From an uncultured Chloroflexia bacterium (GTDB taxonomy: Bacteria > Chloroflexota > Limnocylindria > QHBO01): a stretch of DNA of 64,000 nucleotides. The stretch is taken from contig CAWJOA010000006.1 in NCBI GenBank assembly GCA_963844415.1, forward strand, positions 354,855 to 418,854. Direction: 5' to 3'. Every line of letters starts with the position of its first letter. The stretch's first letter is position 1. A model generated the notes under the pieces. The model was given only the letters and a program-made list of their open reading frames with translations, ran no database searches and was not told the DNA's origin. Below, one piece after another: positions 45,968 to 55,266 of the stretch. The position numbers and the translations under genes were made by a program.

Positions 45968-47199
45968 GCGCGGCCGAGCGCCAGGACGGCGTTCATGCCG
46001 CCGAACCCGAACGAGTTCGTCACCGCCGCCTCGACGCGCCCGGGTCGCGCACCGACGAGGACGTCGAGGTCGATGGTCGGGTCGAGCGTGCGCAGGTTGC
46101 AGGTGCCGGGCAGGATCTCGCGCTGGAGCGCGAGCGCGGTGATGGCCGCCTCGACCGCCCCCGACGCACCGAGGGCGTGGCCATACAGCCCCTTCGTGCC
46201 CGACACCGCCAACCCGTCGGCGTTAACGCCGAACGCCGCGCGGATGGCCCGTGCCTCGGCGGGCTCGTTGAGTGGCGTGCTCGAGCCGTGGGCGTTGACG
46301 TAGCCGACCTTCTCGGGCGCAAGGGCGGCGTCGGCGAGGGCGTCGCGGATGGCGCGGGCCGCGTCCCGGCCGTCCGGTCGCGGGGCGGTCATGTGGTAGG
46401 CGTCGTTGCTGGCACCGAAGCCGAGCACCTCGGCGATGGCGGTCGCACCGCGCGAGCGAGCCGCCTCGAGCTCCTCGAGGACGAGGATGGCGGCCGCCTC
46501 GCCCATCACGAAGCCGTCACGGTCGCGGTCGAAGGGCCGCGAGGCGCTCGCCGGGTCGTCGTTGCGGCCGGAGAGGACGCGGATGAGGGCGAAGGCCCCG
46601 AAGGTCAACGGCGCGAGTGGCGCCTCGGAGCCGCCGGCCAGGGCGAGGTCGACGGTGCCGTCGCGGATGGCGTGGAAGGCCTGGCCGATGGCCATCGCCC
46701 CCGAGGCGCACGAGTTGGCGTTGCCGACCGACGGCCCGGTCAGCCCGAGGTCGAGCGCGACGTTGCTCGCCCCGGCACCGCCGAACACGGCGAGGGCCAG
46801 CGTGGCCGAGACGCCGCGCGTCCCCTTCGTCACGTAGGCGGCGTGCTGCTCCTCGCCGTAGGCGACGCCGCCGAGCGCGGAGCCGATCCAGACGCCGGTC
46901 CGCGACGCCACGCCGTTGTCGAGCGACAGGCCGGCGTGCTCGACCGCCAGCCGCGCGGCGGTCACGCTGAGGGCGCTGAACCGATCCAGGCGCCGCGCGC
47001 GGCGCGCGTCGAGGTGGCTGGCCGGGTCGAAGTCGTCGATCTGCGCGGCGATCCGCGACGGGAACGACGAGGCGTCGAAGCGGTCGATCGGCCGCACCGC
47101 CGAGCGGTCGGCGAGGACGCCGCTCCACAGGGCCTCGACGCCCGTGCCGATCGGCGTCACCGCGCCGATGCCGGTGATGACGACGCGCCGCCGGCTCAT
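45964..47199 (-). CDS. fabF: 3-oxoacyl-[acyl-carrier-protein] synthase II
   Basis: From ATG 47199 (MSRRRVVITGIGAVTPIG..); active-site Cys in NANSCASGAMAIG, His in YHMTAP and NAHGSSTPLNE, C-terminal NSFGFGGMNAVLAL. Confidence 0.85.
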   Translation of the reverse strand: MSRRRVVITGIGAVTPIGTGVEALWSGVLADRSAVRPIDRFDASSFPSRIAAQIDDFDPASHLDARRARRLDRFSALSVTAARLAVEHAGLSLDNGVASRTGVWIGSALGGVAYGEEQHAAYVTKGTRGVSATLALAVFGGAGASNVALDLGLTGPSVGNANSCASGAMAIGQAFHAIRDGTVDLALAGGSEAPLAPLTFGAFALIRVLSGRNDDPASASRPFDRDRDGFVMGEAAAILVLEELEAARSRGATAIAEVLGFGASNDAYHMTAPRPDGRDAARAIRDALADAALAPEKVGYVNAHGSSTPLNEPAEARAIRAAFGVNADGLAVSGTKGLYGHALGASGAVEAAITALALQREILPGTCNLRTLDPTIDLDVLVGARPGRVEAAVTNSFGFGGMNAVLALGRA

Positions 47200-47640
47200 C
47201 GGCCGTTCGCCTCCGCGAGCTCCTTCACCCGGCGCAGCGTGCGCCCGGCGATGGCCTCGATGAACTGTGGGCCGATGACGTGCTCGGCGGCGAAGCCGCC
47301 GATGCAGCGGCCAGTCCAGCTCGAGCTCGTGCTCGATGCTCACATCGAGCACGCCGTCGCGCTCCTCGAATTGCCAGGCGACCTCCATCCCGCGCGTCAC
47401 GCCGCCGGTGTGGATGAACTCGATCCGGCGCTGCTCGGGCAGCGGCCGCTGGATGGCGCGCCAGCTGACCGGGATCGGGCCGCGTCGCGCGCCCATCTCG
47501 AAGTGGCGCTCCGCCCGATCGGGCAGGCGGCGGACGTATCGGTAGTGGGGGAGGATCTCCGGCCAGCGCTCGACCTCGGCCGCCAGGTCGAAGACCCGCT
47601 CGAACGGCGCGTGCATGACCTGGTGGATCCAGCTTTTCAC
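47196..47640 (-). pseudogene. SRPBCC (polyketide-cyclase/START-like lipid-binding) protein with a frameshift about 40 codons before its end; as written it runs in-frame into fabF
   Basis: ORF 45964..47640 N-terminal 147 aa (MKSWIHQVMHAPFERVFDLAAEVERWPEI...). After ..ELELDWPL the sensible continuation IGGFAAEHVIGPQFIEAIAGRTLRRVKELAEANGR* is in the +1 frame and ends with TGA overlapping the fabF ATG (ATGA). Confidence 0.5.
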
Positions 47641-48806
47641 GGGCGGAGGACCTCGACGAGCGCGTGCGGCGCGAGGGCGTCGGTGGCAGGGCGGCAGTCG
47701 CCGAGCGCCGAACCCAGCCGCAGCGCGGCGCTCGGCCGCTCGTCGAGCCTGGCCAGCGCGTGCTCGAGCAGCGGCGGCACGGCCAGGAAGCCCTGGACGA
47801 GCCAGCTGAGGGTCGACTTGGCGGCGAAGGCCGCGCGGCGCTCGCGCCGGTAGGCGGCCGACGGATCGCCTTCGCCGATGATGGCGTCTGTCGCCGCTCG
47901 CGCGGAACGGAGCGCGCGATGGATGCCCTCGCCGGTGAACGGGTCGACGAAGCCGGCCGCATCGCCGACCAGCATCCAGCCCGGACCGGCAACGTCCGAG
48001 ACGCGATGCCCGATCGGCGACGCGCCACGGATCGGCGTCAGGCGGTCACGTCCGGCGAGCCGCGCCGCGACGGCGGGGAGGCCGGCGAGCGCCGCGGCGA
48101 AGCGCTCGGCCGCCGGCGTGCGGCCGTTCATCGGCAGCGCCATCCCGACGTTGAGCTGGCCGTCCGGCAGTGGCGCGAGCCCGACGTAGTAGCCGCGGCC
48201 GACGTGCATCTCGCCGTGGTCGGCCAGCTCCGGATCGCCGGCGTGGTGCGCGACGAGCCCCAGGCGGCGTGGGAATCGCACCGGGCGCTCGACGCCGGTC
48301 AGCCGGGCGACCGTGGAGCGGACGCCGTCGGCGCCGACGACGAGATCGGCGTTGATCGTGCGGGCTGTGCCGTCGCCGGATCGCACCGTGGCGCCGGTCA
48401 CGCGCCCGCCGGCGACCTCGAGCGCGGCGAGGCGGGTGCCCTCGACCAGCTCGGCGCCACTGTCCGCGGCGTGGGCCGCGAGGCGCGCGTCGAAGCGGGT
48501 CCGGTCCAGGCCCCACGCCGTGCGCGCGCCGCCGCGATCGGCGTAGGTGATCATCGCGCTCCGCCGACCCGCCACCATCCGCATCCCGGTCAAGGGGATC
48601 GCGTCCGCCTGCCACGCCTCGGGTGCGAGCCCGATGCGGGCGAGCTCCTCGACGATCCGCGGGCTCGCGTACTCGGCGCAGGCCTTCGGGCGCGGATGGT
48701 GGGCAGCCTCGAGCAGGATGACGCTCGCCCCGGATCGCGCCAGCCCGGCGGCCAGCGCCGACCCGGCTGGGCCTGCCCCGGCGATCAGGACGTCGCAGCG
48801 GGTCAT
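47637..48806 (-). CDS. FAD-dependent oxidoreductase of the geranylgeranyl-reductase family
   Basis: From ATG 48806 (MTRCDVLIAGAGPAGSALAAGL..); MLVGDAAGFVDPFTGEGIHRAL is the GGR-family GDAAG..P..GEG motif. Confidence 0.75.
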   Translation of the reverse strand: MTRCDVLIAGAGPAGSALAAGLARSGASVILLEAAHHPRPKACAEYASPRIVEELARIGLAPEAWQADAIPLTGMRMVAGRRSAMITYADRGGARTAWGLDRTRFDARLAAHAADSGAELVEGTRLAALEVAGGRVTGATVRSGDGTARTINADLVVGADGVRSTVARLTGVERPVRFPRRLGLVAHHAGDPELADHGEMHVGRGYYVGLAPLPDGQLNVGMALPMNGRTPAAERFAAALAGLPAVAARLAGRDRLTPIRGASPIGHRVSDVAGPGWMLVGDAAGFVDPFTGEGIHRALRSARAATDAIIGEGDPSAAYRRERRAAFAAKSTLSWLVQGFLAVPPLLEHALARLDERPSAALRLGSALGDCRPATDALAPHALVEVLRP

Positions 48807-49504
48807 CGGGTCGCCGCGGTGACGACGCGCGGCAGCCAGCCCGGCGAGCGCCAGCGCGGCGTCAGCCCGGCCTCGGCGAGCAGGCCGTCGAGCTCGGGCA
48901 CCGTGTAGGCGCGCCGGGCGGAGGCCATGCCGTCGACCCGGGTGACCGAGCTGCGCCCGAGGGCCATGACCGACACCCACGTCGCTGCCAGGGGCAGGGG
49001 CCCGCGCCGGAGGTCGTTCACCACCACGCCGTGGCGGGACACGCGGCGCAGCTCGCGCAGGGCCGTGACGGCCGCATCCGGCGCGAAGTGATGGACGAGG
49101 AGCGAGCAATGGGCCACGTCGACGACGCCGTCCTCGAGCGGCAGCGCGAGGGCATCGGCATCCAGGACCTCGACGTTCGGGACGCGCGCCAGGCGGTCGC
49201 GCGCAACAGCGAGCACGGCGGGGTTGCTGTCTGCCGCGACGACGTGCCAGCCGCGGCGCGCGAAGGCGACCGGCATGTCGCCGGCCCCGGTGCCCACGTC
49301 GAGGATCCGGGTCGCGTCGCGACCTGCCACCAAAGTCGAGATCGCGCGGACGCTCGCATCGGTCCCGCCCGGCAGGCGATTCAGGCGCGCGAGATCGGCG
49401 AGGTTGGCTTCGACCTCCGATCGCGACAGGCGACCGGAGTCCAGCAGCTCGGCCGCATCGGTCCGGGCGCCGAGTGCGAGAAGTCGGCGCATGCCGATGG
49501 CCAT
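48803..49504 (-). CDS. class I SAM-dependent methyltransferase
   Basis: From ATG 49504; ILDVGTGAGDMPVAFARRG (motif I), VVAADSNP, DVAHCSLLVHHF (motif II/III); ATGA-coupled to the downstream reductase gene. Confidence 0.7.
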   Translation of the reverse strand: MAIGMRRLLALGARTDAAELLDSGRLSRSEVEANLADLARLNRLPGGTDASVRAISTLVAGRDATRILDVGTGAGDMPVAFARRGWHVVAADSNPAVLAVARDRLARVPNVEVLDADALALPLEDGVVDVAHCSLLVHHFAPDAAVTALRELRRVSRHGVVVNDLRRGPLPLAATWVSVMALGRSSVTRVDGMASARRAYTVPELDGLLAEAGLTPRWRSPGWLPRVVTAATR

Positions 49505-49591
49505 CTGGGGTGCGCACCTCGTCGTGGGAGGCCCATCTTCGATGCCGCACGCGGAATCCGCAACGCGGGCTCCGGCGTACACTGAGCCCCG

Positions 49592-50596
49592 ATGACCGCG
49601 ACCGCACCACCGGGCACGGATGTGCCCGATCACGACCAGACCGATACCCGCCGCCGCACGGTGGTGATCATCGGCTCCGGTCCCGCCGGGCTCACCGCGG
49701 CGATCTACGCGGCGCGTGCCAACCTCGAGCCGCTCGTGATCGCCGGCAATGTGCCGATGGGCCAGCTCATGATCACCTCGGACGTCGAGAACTACCCCGG
49801 CTTCCCCGACGGGATCCAGGGTCCGGAGTTGATGCAGAAGTTCCGCGACCAGGCCGCCCGCTTCGGCGCCACGATCCTCGACCGCGACGCGACGCGCGTC
49901 GACTTCGGGTCGCGGCCGTTCGGGATCTGGGTCGGGGAGGACGAGTACCGCGCCGATGCCGTCATCGTCGCCACCGGCGCATCGGCCCTCTGGCTTGGCT
50001 TGCCGACCGAGGAGGAGTTCCGGGGGCGCGGCGTCAGTGCCTGCGCGACGTGCGACGGCTTCTTCTTCCGCGGTCGCGAGGTGGCCGTCGTCGGCGGAGG
50101 CGACACCGCGCTCGAGGAGGCGACGTTCCTGACCCGGTTCGCGGACAAGGTGACCATGCTCGTTCGCCGCGACGAGTTCCGCGGCAGCAAGATCATGCAG
50201 GACCGCGCGAGCCGCGACCCGAAGATCGAGATCCTCTTCAACAAGGAGGTCACCGAGGTCCGCGGCGAGATGACCGTCAGCGCGCTCCAGGTGCGCGACA
50301 CGGCCACCGGCGAGGAGAGCGAGCTCGCGGTGCAGGGGATGTTCGTCGCGATCGGCTACAAGCCGAACACCGACCTCTTCACCGGGCAGCTCGATATCGG
50401 TGAGGGAGGCTACCTCGAGGTGGTCGGGGAAACGGGCTCGAAGGTCGAGGGCGTCTTCATCGCCGGCGACGTCCACGACCATCACTACCGCCAGGCCGTG
50501 ACCGCCGCCGGTGACGGCTGCAAGGCGGCGATCGACGCCGAGCGCTGGCTCGCGTCGGTCGGCGAGATCGAGGCCTCGACCGCGACGAACTGGTAG
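49592..50596 (+). CDS. trxB: thioredoxin-disulfide reductase
   Basis: ORF 49592..50596: VVIIGSGPAGLTAAIYAAR, redox CATCDG, second NADPH fold VAVVGGGDTALEEA. Confidence 0.9.
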   Translation: MTATAPPGTDVPDHDQTDTRRRTVVIIGSGPAGLTAAIYAARANLEPLVIAGNVPMGQLMITSDVENYPGFPDGIQGPELMQKFRDQAARFGATILDRDATRVDFGSRPFGIWVGEDEYRADAVIVATGASALWLGLPTEEEFRGRGVSACATCDGFFFRGREVAVVGGGDTALEEATFLTRFADKVTMLVRRDEFRGSKIMQDRASRDPKIEILFNKEVTEVRGEMTVSALQVRDTATGEESELAVQGMFVAIGYKPNTDLFTGQLDIGEGGYLEVVGETGSKVEGVFIAGDVHDHHYRQAVTAAGDGCKAAIDAERWLASVGEIEASTATNW

Positions 50597-50758
50597 GCGG
50601 GCACCGACCGTCCTGCCCCGTGCAGGGACTTTCCTCCTACTGACCCATCGGTGATCTAAAGGTCTACTGCGCGCCGAGGCGGAGGGCCCCGCGCATGCCC
50701 CTTCATTTGGTTCTCCGGCCCGCAGTGGGGGAACGCTGCGACCAGGAGAACTATTTCC

Positions 50759-51367
50759 ATGCGCCTTCAGACTGATGCTGCCCCTCGTCGGCGTCGACGC
50801 CAGCTCTATGCGCTTGCCGCGCTCGCCGCAATCGGCCTCGGCACCGGCCAGATGAGCCTGGCCCTCTTCACCGACCAGGAGACCGTCGACGGCACGTTCA
50901 GCACCGGCTCGATCGTCCTCGACGACGTCAAGATCGACGCGCTGACCCTGTCGACCGGCGCGATGATGCCCGGCGACAGCGTCACCGATGACGTGGTCGT
51001 CGAGAACGACGGGACCGCGCAGCTGCGCTACGCGATGACCACGGCGAGCACGAATCCCGATGCAAAGGCACTGCGCGACGTCCTGACGTTGACGGTGAAG
51101 ACCCTCGACGTGACGACGCCGGGCACCCCGTGCGACAACTTCGACGGGAGCAATGTGCTGGCCGCCACCGTGCTCGGCGCCAGCGGTGCGTCCTTCGGCA
51201 GCCCCGCGGCTGGCGCGCAGGCTGGTGATCGCGCACTCAACGGCGGCGCGAACGAGACGCTCTGCTTCCGCGTGACGCTGCCGTCGGGGACAGGGAACGC
51301 CTACCAGTCGTCGACGACGACCACGACGTTCACCTTCGACGCCGAGCAGACCGCGAGCAACCCGTAA
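50759..51367 (+). CDS. TasA/camelysin-like secreted protein with SipW-cognate-class signal peptide
   Basis: ORF 50759..51367 with AGGAGAA RBS: n-region RRRRR, h-region LYALAALAAIGLGTG, then the class-defining post-cleavage motif SLALFTDQETVDGTFSTGSIVLD; beta-rich 200-aa body ends ..TTTTFTFDAEQ. Confidence 0.65.
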   Translation: MRLQTDAAPRRRRRQLYALAALAAIGLGTGQMSLALFTDQETVDGTFSTGSIVLDDVKIDALTLSTGAMMPGDSVTDDVVVENDGTAQLRYAMTTASTNPDAKALRDVLTLTVKTLDVTTPGTPCDNFDGSNVLAATVLGASGASFGSPAAGAQAGDRALNGGANETLCFRVTLPSGTGNAYQSSTTTTTFTFDAEQTASNP

Positions 51368-51422
51368 GGCCGGGACCGGCGGGCGGCGGCCGCGTGGCCG
51401 GCGTCAGCGGAACGGTGGATCG

Positions 51423-51962
51423 ATGGCCTCGCTGATGACCCACGCGATCCGGTGGGCACGGCGGCTCCTGTCGCTCGTCTGGCTCGCTGCCATGGTGGTC
51501 GTCGTCGCGCTGGCGGCGTGGTCTCACCTGGCGGGCCTTATCGTCGTGGCTGGCGACTCGATGGCCCCGGCGATTCCTCGCGGAAGCCTGATCCAGGTCG
51601 CGGCGATCGAGGCGGATGCGATCCGGGTCGGTGACGTCGTCACGGTGCAGGCCGACAACGGCGTCCTCGTCACGCACCGCGTGGTGCGTCTCGCCGAGCT
51701 GCCGGACGGCAAGCACCTCGAGCTACGAGGTGACGCGAACCCTGCGCCGGATCCCGTCCTCGTCCCGGCAGATGCCGTGGTCGGCCGAGTCGCGCTCAGC
51801 CTGCCGTTGGCCGGATACCTCATTGCGATGCTGGCCGGCGTTCCGGGCCTGCTGTCCATCGCATCGTCGTTGGCCGCCCTGCTGGTTGCGATCTGGCTCC
51901 TCGAGGACATCGAGGCGGCGACCGCGTCATGGTCAGGGACGACGGTGGCGCGCCTTGCCTAG
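51423..51962 (+). CDS. type I signal peptidase of the SipW / archaeal-eukaryal type (S26B, Ser/His dyad)
   Basis: ORF 51423..51962: TM anchor, catalytic Ser in GDSMAP, catalytic His in VLVTHRVV (S26A LepB would have Lys here), second TM at the C-terminus. Confidence 0.75.
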   Translation: MASLMTHAIRWARRLLSLVWLAAMVVVVALAAWSHLAGLIVVAGDSMAPAIPRGSLIQVAAIEADAIRVGDVVTVQADNGVLVTHRVVRLAELPDGKHLELRGDANPAPDPVLVPADAVVGRVALSLPLAGYLIAMLAGVPGLLSIASSLAALLVAIWLLEDIEAATASWSGTTVARLA

Positions 51963-51969
51963 GGACGTC

Positions 51970-52941
51970 GTGCGGCGGGGTAGACAAGGGGTCGCGGTGA
52001 TCGTCCTCGTCCTGACCTCGCACGTCGTCGCCGGCGGCGAAATGACCCGCGCCATTCTCGGCGACCAGGAGACCGATGCATCGGTCCTTGCCACCGCCGC
52101 CACGTTCCCCGACGTGACCGCGCCAGTTGTCTCAGCCAGCGTGATCTCGAAGACCGTGCCGTACATCCCCGGCCACATCCGACAGAGCGCGACGTACCAC
52201 GTGTACACGAACGTGACCGACACCGGGAGCGGTGTGGCGACCGATCGAGCCAACGTGAGCACCGTCACGACGGGCCAAACGGCGGTCCCGCTCGTCGCCG
52301 GGTCGTTCACCATCGGCGGTGTCGCCTACGGCTACCGGAGCGCATCCGTCACGGCGAACGCGACGCTCGCGGCCGGCGCGAAGGCGTACACGATCGCGGC
52401 CACCGACGTAGCCACCAACGCGGTGACCCAGGGCGGGTTCTCCGTCAACGTCGACAACACCCGGCCGACCGGTTCCGCGATCGCAACGACGAACGGCGGC
52501 ACGATCGTTGGGCGACCTGAGCTCAACGACACGATCACTTTCACGTTCTCCGAGGTCATTGATCCGAACAGCGTGCTCGCCGGCTGGACCGGCGGGGCGA
52601 CATCAGTCGTCGTGCGGATCGCGAACGGCGCGGGCGGCGATAGCCTCACGGTCCGGAACGCCGCGAATACCGCCCTGCTCCCGCTCGGGTCCACGAATCT
52701 GGGCGGCACTGGCTACGTCACCGCCCAACGCGACTTCGGCGCGACCGCGACGTCCTCGACCATGGTTCAGAGCGGCTCGTCGATCACGATCACGCTCGGG
52801 ACGCCATCGGGCGCCACTACCAGCCAAGCCGGCACGACGAGCATGACCTGGACACCGGCGGTCGGCGCCACCGACCGCGCCGGCAACACCTGCATGACAA
52901 CGGCGGTCACGGAGGCCGTGCCCGCGGACGTCGAGTTCTGA
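51970..52941 (+). CDS. secreted Thr/Ala/Gly-rich beta-strand protein with the same SipW-cognate-like signal motif (candidate second fibre/matrix subunit)
   Basis: GTG 51970 within ORF 51616..52941: VRRGRQGVAVIVLVLTSHVVAGGEMTRAILGDQETDASV parallels ALFTDQETVDG of the first protein; the body is low-complexity T/A/G/S-rich, alternating pattern typical of extended beta-sandwich/fibre proteins. Confidence 0.55.
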   Translation: MRRGRQGVAVIVLVLTSHVVAGGEMTRAILGDQETDASVLATAATFPDVTAPVVSASVISKTVPYIPGHIRQSATYHVYTNVTDTGSGVATDRANVSTVTTGQTAVPLVAGSFTIGGVAYGYRSASVTANATLAAGAKAYTIAATDVATNAVTQGGFSVNVDNTRPTGSAIATTNGGTIVGRPELNDTITFTFSEVIDPNSVLAGWTGGATSVVVRIANGAGGDSLTVRNAANTALLPLGSTNLGGTGYVTAQRDFGATATSSTMVQSGSSITITLGTPSGATTSQAGTTSMTWTPAVGATDRAGNTCMTTAVTEAVPADVEF

Positions 52942-52992
52942 TCCCGTCATCGGTGGCTTGACTAGACTGGCGGCCCACCCTCCACAGAGGCA

Positions 52993-55128
52993 CTACCGCC
53001 GATGGCCCGCGCCCCGCGCCCCGAGGACCTCTACGACCTGCGCATTCCGACCGACCTCGACCTGTCGCCCGACGGGCGCTTCGTTGCGTTCAGCGTCAAG
53101 GGCGTGGCACCCGGCAAGGACGGCTACCGCACCTCGCTGTGGCTCGCGCCGACCGATGGCAGCGCTCCCGCACGCCAGCTGACCGTCGGCAGCCGGAGCG
53201 ACACGACTCCGCGCTGGTCGCCGGATGGATCTCGTCTGGCCTTCCTCTCCGATCGCGGTGCCGTGCTCCAGGCCGGCGGCGGCGGCGCCAAGGCCGGCAA
53301 GCCCGAGGCGCCGAAGGAGGGCGGGACCCAGGTCTGGATCCTTCCCTTCGCCGATGGCGGCGAGGCGCGCCAGCTCACCGATCTGCCAAAGGACGTCGAG
53401 GGCCTGGACTGGGCGCCGGACGGCAAGCGGCTGGCGGTCGTCAGCACGGCCGACTCGACCGATCCGGCCAAGAAGCCCGAGCGAAAGCCGGAGGACGGCC
53501 CGGCGCCGGACACCAGGCTGATCGACACGCTGAGCTACCAGTTCAACGGCGCCGGCTTCGTCCACGAGCGGTTCACGCGCATCTGGCTCGTCGACGCCGA
53601 GGCCGGCGGGGCCGAGCTCCTCACCCGCGGCAACCACCACGACGCCGATCCGCAGTGGTCGCCGGACGGGCGCCAGATCGCGTTCGTCTCGGATCGCCAC
53701 CCGAACGCGGACCTCGGCTGGCGCAGCGACATCTACCTCGTCGACGTCCGCGGTGGCGCGGTGCGGCAGCTGTCGCCCGGTCGCGGCCGGCAGGGCTGGG
53801 GCGCGCCGTCCTGGTCGCCCGACGGCCGGTGGGTGGCCGCGATCGGGACGCGTGACTGGCGGCGCGGCGATCTGCTGCAGGCATCGGTCTGGCGCTTCCG
53901 CGTTCGCGACGGTGAGGCGGAGAACCTGCTGCCGGACGCCGATCTCGAGGCGGCCGCCGGCATGAACAGCGACCTCATTGGCGGGTGGCCGGCGCGCCCG
54001 GCGTGGATGGCCGACGGCCGCTGGGTCGTCTTCACCGCGCCCGTCGACGGCTCATTCGAGCTCTGGCGTGTCGAGATCGACGGCGGACGGATCGAGCGCC
54101 TGACCCGCGACCGGCACTACCTCGCGCGGCCGAAAATCGTGGCTCTGCCGCGCGGTGGTGCGCGCGCGGCAATGGTGCGCACGACCGCGACCCGCGCGCC
54201 GGAGATCGCGGTCGGCGACGTCCCCGCGGGGCGCCTGAGCGGGACCGATCGGATCGAGCTGCGCGAGGTCAGCGATCTCATGCGCGCCTGGTCCGACGTC
54301 CGGCTGGTGGCACCGGTCGAACGCTGGCACGAGGTCGACGGTCGCCGCGTCCAGGGCTGGTTCATCTCCTCCCCGGCGAACACGAAGCGCAACCCGGCGC
54401 CGGTCGTGCTCGAGATCCACGGCGGGCCGGCCACGCTCTACGGCTGGTCGCTGATGTGGGAGTGGCAGCTGCTCGCCGCCAACGGGATCAGCGTCTACGC
54501 CTGCAACCCGCGCGGGTCGCAGGGCTACGGATTCGACTTCCTGAACGCGAACGTCAAGGACTGGGGCGACGGACCGATGCGCGACGTCATGGCCGGGCTC
54601 GACGCGCTCATCGAGGATGGCCTCGTCGACGGCGATCGGATGGGGGTCACCGGCGGCTCGTACGGCGGCTACCTCACCTCCTGGATCGTCGGCCACACCG
54701 ATCGGTTCAAGGCCGCGGTCACCTGCCGGTCGGTCAACGACATGATCAGCCAGATGCTGTCGGGCGACATCGGTGGCCCGGTCTTCGGCCTCTTCGTCTA
54801 CGGCGTCCACCCGTGGGAGGACTGGGATCTCTACCACCGCCACTCGCCGCTGACGCACGCCACCGAGGTGACGACGCCGCTCCTCATCCAGCACGCGGAG
54901 AAGGACCTGCGCTGCACGATCACCCAGGCCGAGGAGCTCTTCGCCGTCCTGCGCTCCCTGCGCAAGACGGTGCGGCTGATGCGCACGCCCGACGAGACGC
55001 ACGAGCTGACCCGCTCCGGCACGCCGTTCCGCCGCGTCGACAACCTGCGCCTCATCGACGAGTGGTTCCGTCACTTCCTCATCGACGGGAAGACGCGTCT
55101 CCCGAAGATCGACCCCAACCGCGGCTGA
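52993..55128 (+). CDS. S9-family serine peptidase (acylaminoacyl-peptidase / prolyl-oligopeptidase type) with N-terminal TolB-like beta-propeller
   Basis: ORF 52993..55128: repeated PxWSPDG propeller blades; catalytic domain GVTGGSYGGYL (Ser), Asp and His contexts near the C-terminus. Confidence 0.85.
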   Translation, partial: LPPMARAPRPEDLYDLRIPTDLDLSPDGRFVAFSVKGVAPGKDGYRTSLWLAPTDGSAPARQLTVGSRSDTTPRWSPDGSRLAFLSDRGAVLQAGGGGAKAGKPEAPKEGGTQVWILPFADGGEARQLTDLPKDVEGLDWAPDGKRLAVVSTADSTDPAKKPERKPEDGPAPDTRLIDTLSYQFNGAGFVHERFTRIWLVDAEAGGAELLTRGNHHDADPQWSPDGRQIAFVSDRHPNADLGWRSDIYLVDVRGGAVRQLSPGRGRQGWGAPSWSPDGRWVAAIGTRDWRRGDLLQASVWRFRVRDGEAENLLPDADLEAAAGMNSDLIGGWPARPAWMADGRWVVFTAPVDGSFELWRVEIDGGRIERLTRDRHYLARPKIVALPRGGARAAMVRTTATRAPEIAVGDVPAGRLSGTDRIELREVSDLMRAWSDVRLVAPVERWHEVDGRRVQGWFISSPANTKRNPAPVVLEIHGGPATLYGWSLMWEWQLLAANGISVYACNPRGSQGYGFDFLNANVKDWGDGPMRDVMAGLDALIEDGLVDGDRMGVTGGSYGGYLTSWIVGHTDRFKAAVTCRSVNDMISQMLSGDIGGPVFGLFVYGVHPWEDWDLYHRHSPLTHATEVTTPLLIQHAEKDLRCTITQAEELFAVLRSLRKTVRLMRTPDETHELTRSGTPFRRVDNLRLIDEWFRHFLIDGKTRLPKIDPNRG

Positions 55129-55266
55129 CTCTCGGTCCATCGAGGGGAATTCGCACGAGCGCTCGCCCATAGATGAACCGCGGATTCGCAACGCGGCAAC
55201 GGCATCGGGTGAACCTCCCGCGATGTGTCGAGGCAGGCGCCGCACCGCCCTCTACACTCCGGGCTG

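Noticed and set aside
45535-47853. 772-aa plus ORF antisense to fabF
   Set aside because: No motifs, composition typical of antisense high-GC frames; fabF on the opposite strand is unambiguous.
50597-50640. Possible terminator hairpin after trxB (tcctgc-cccgt-gcaggg)
   Set aside because: Only 5-6 bp imperfect stem and no U-tract; too weak to call.
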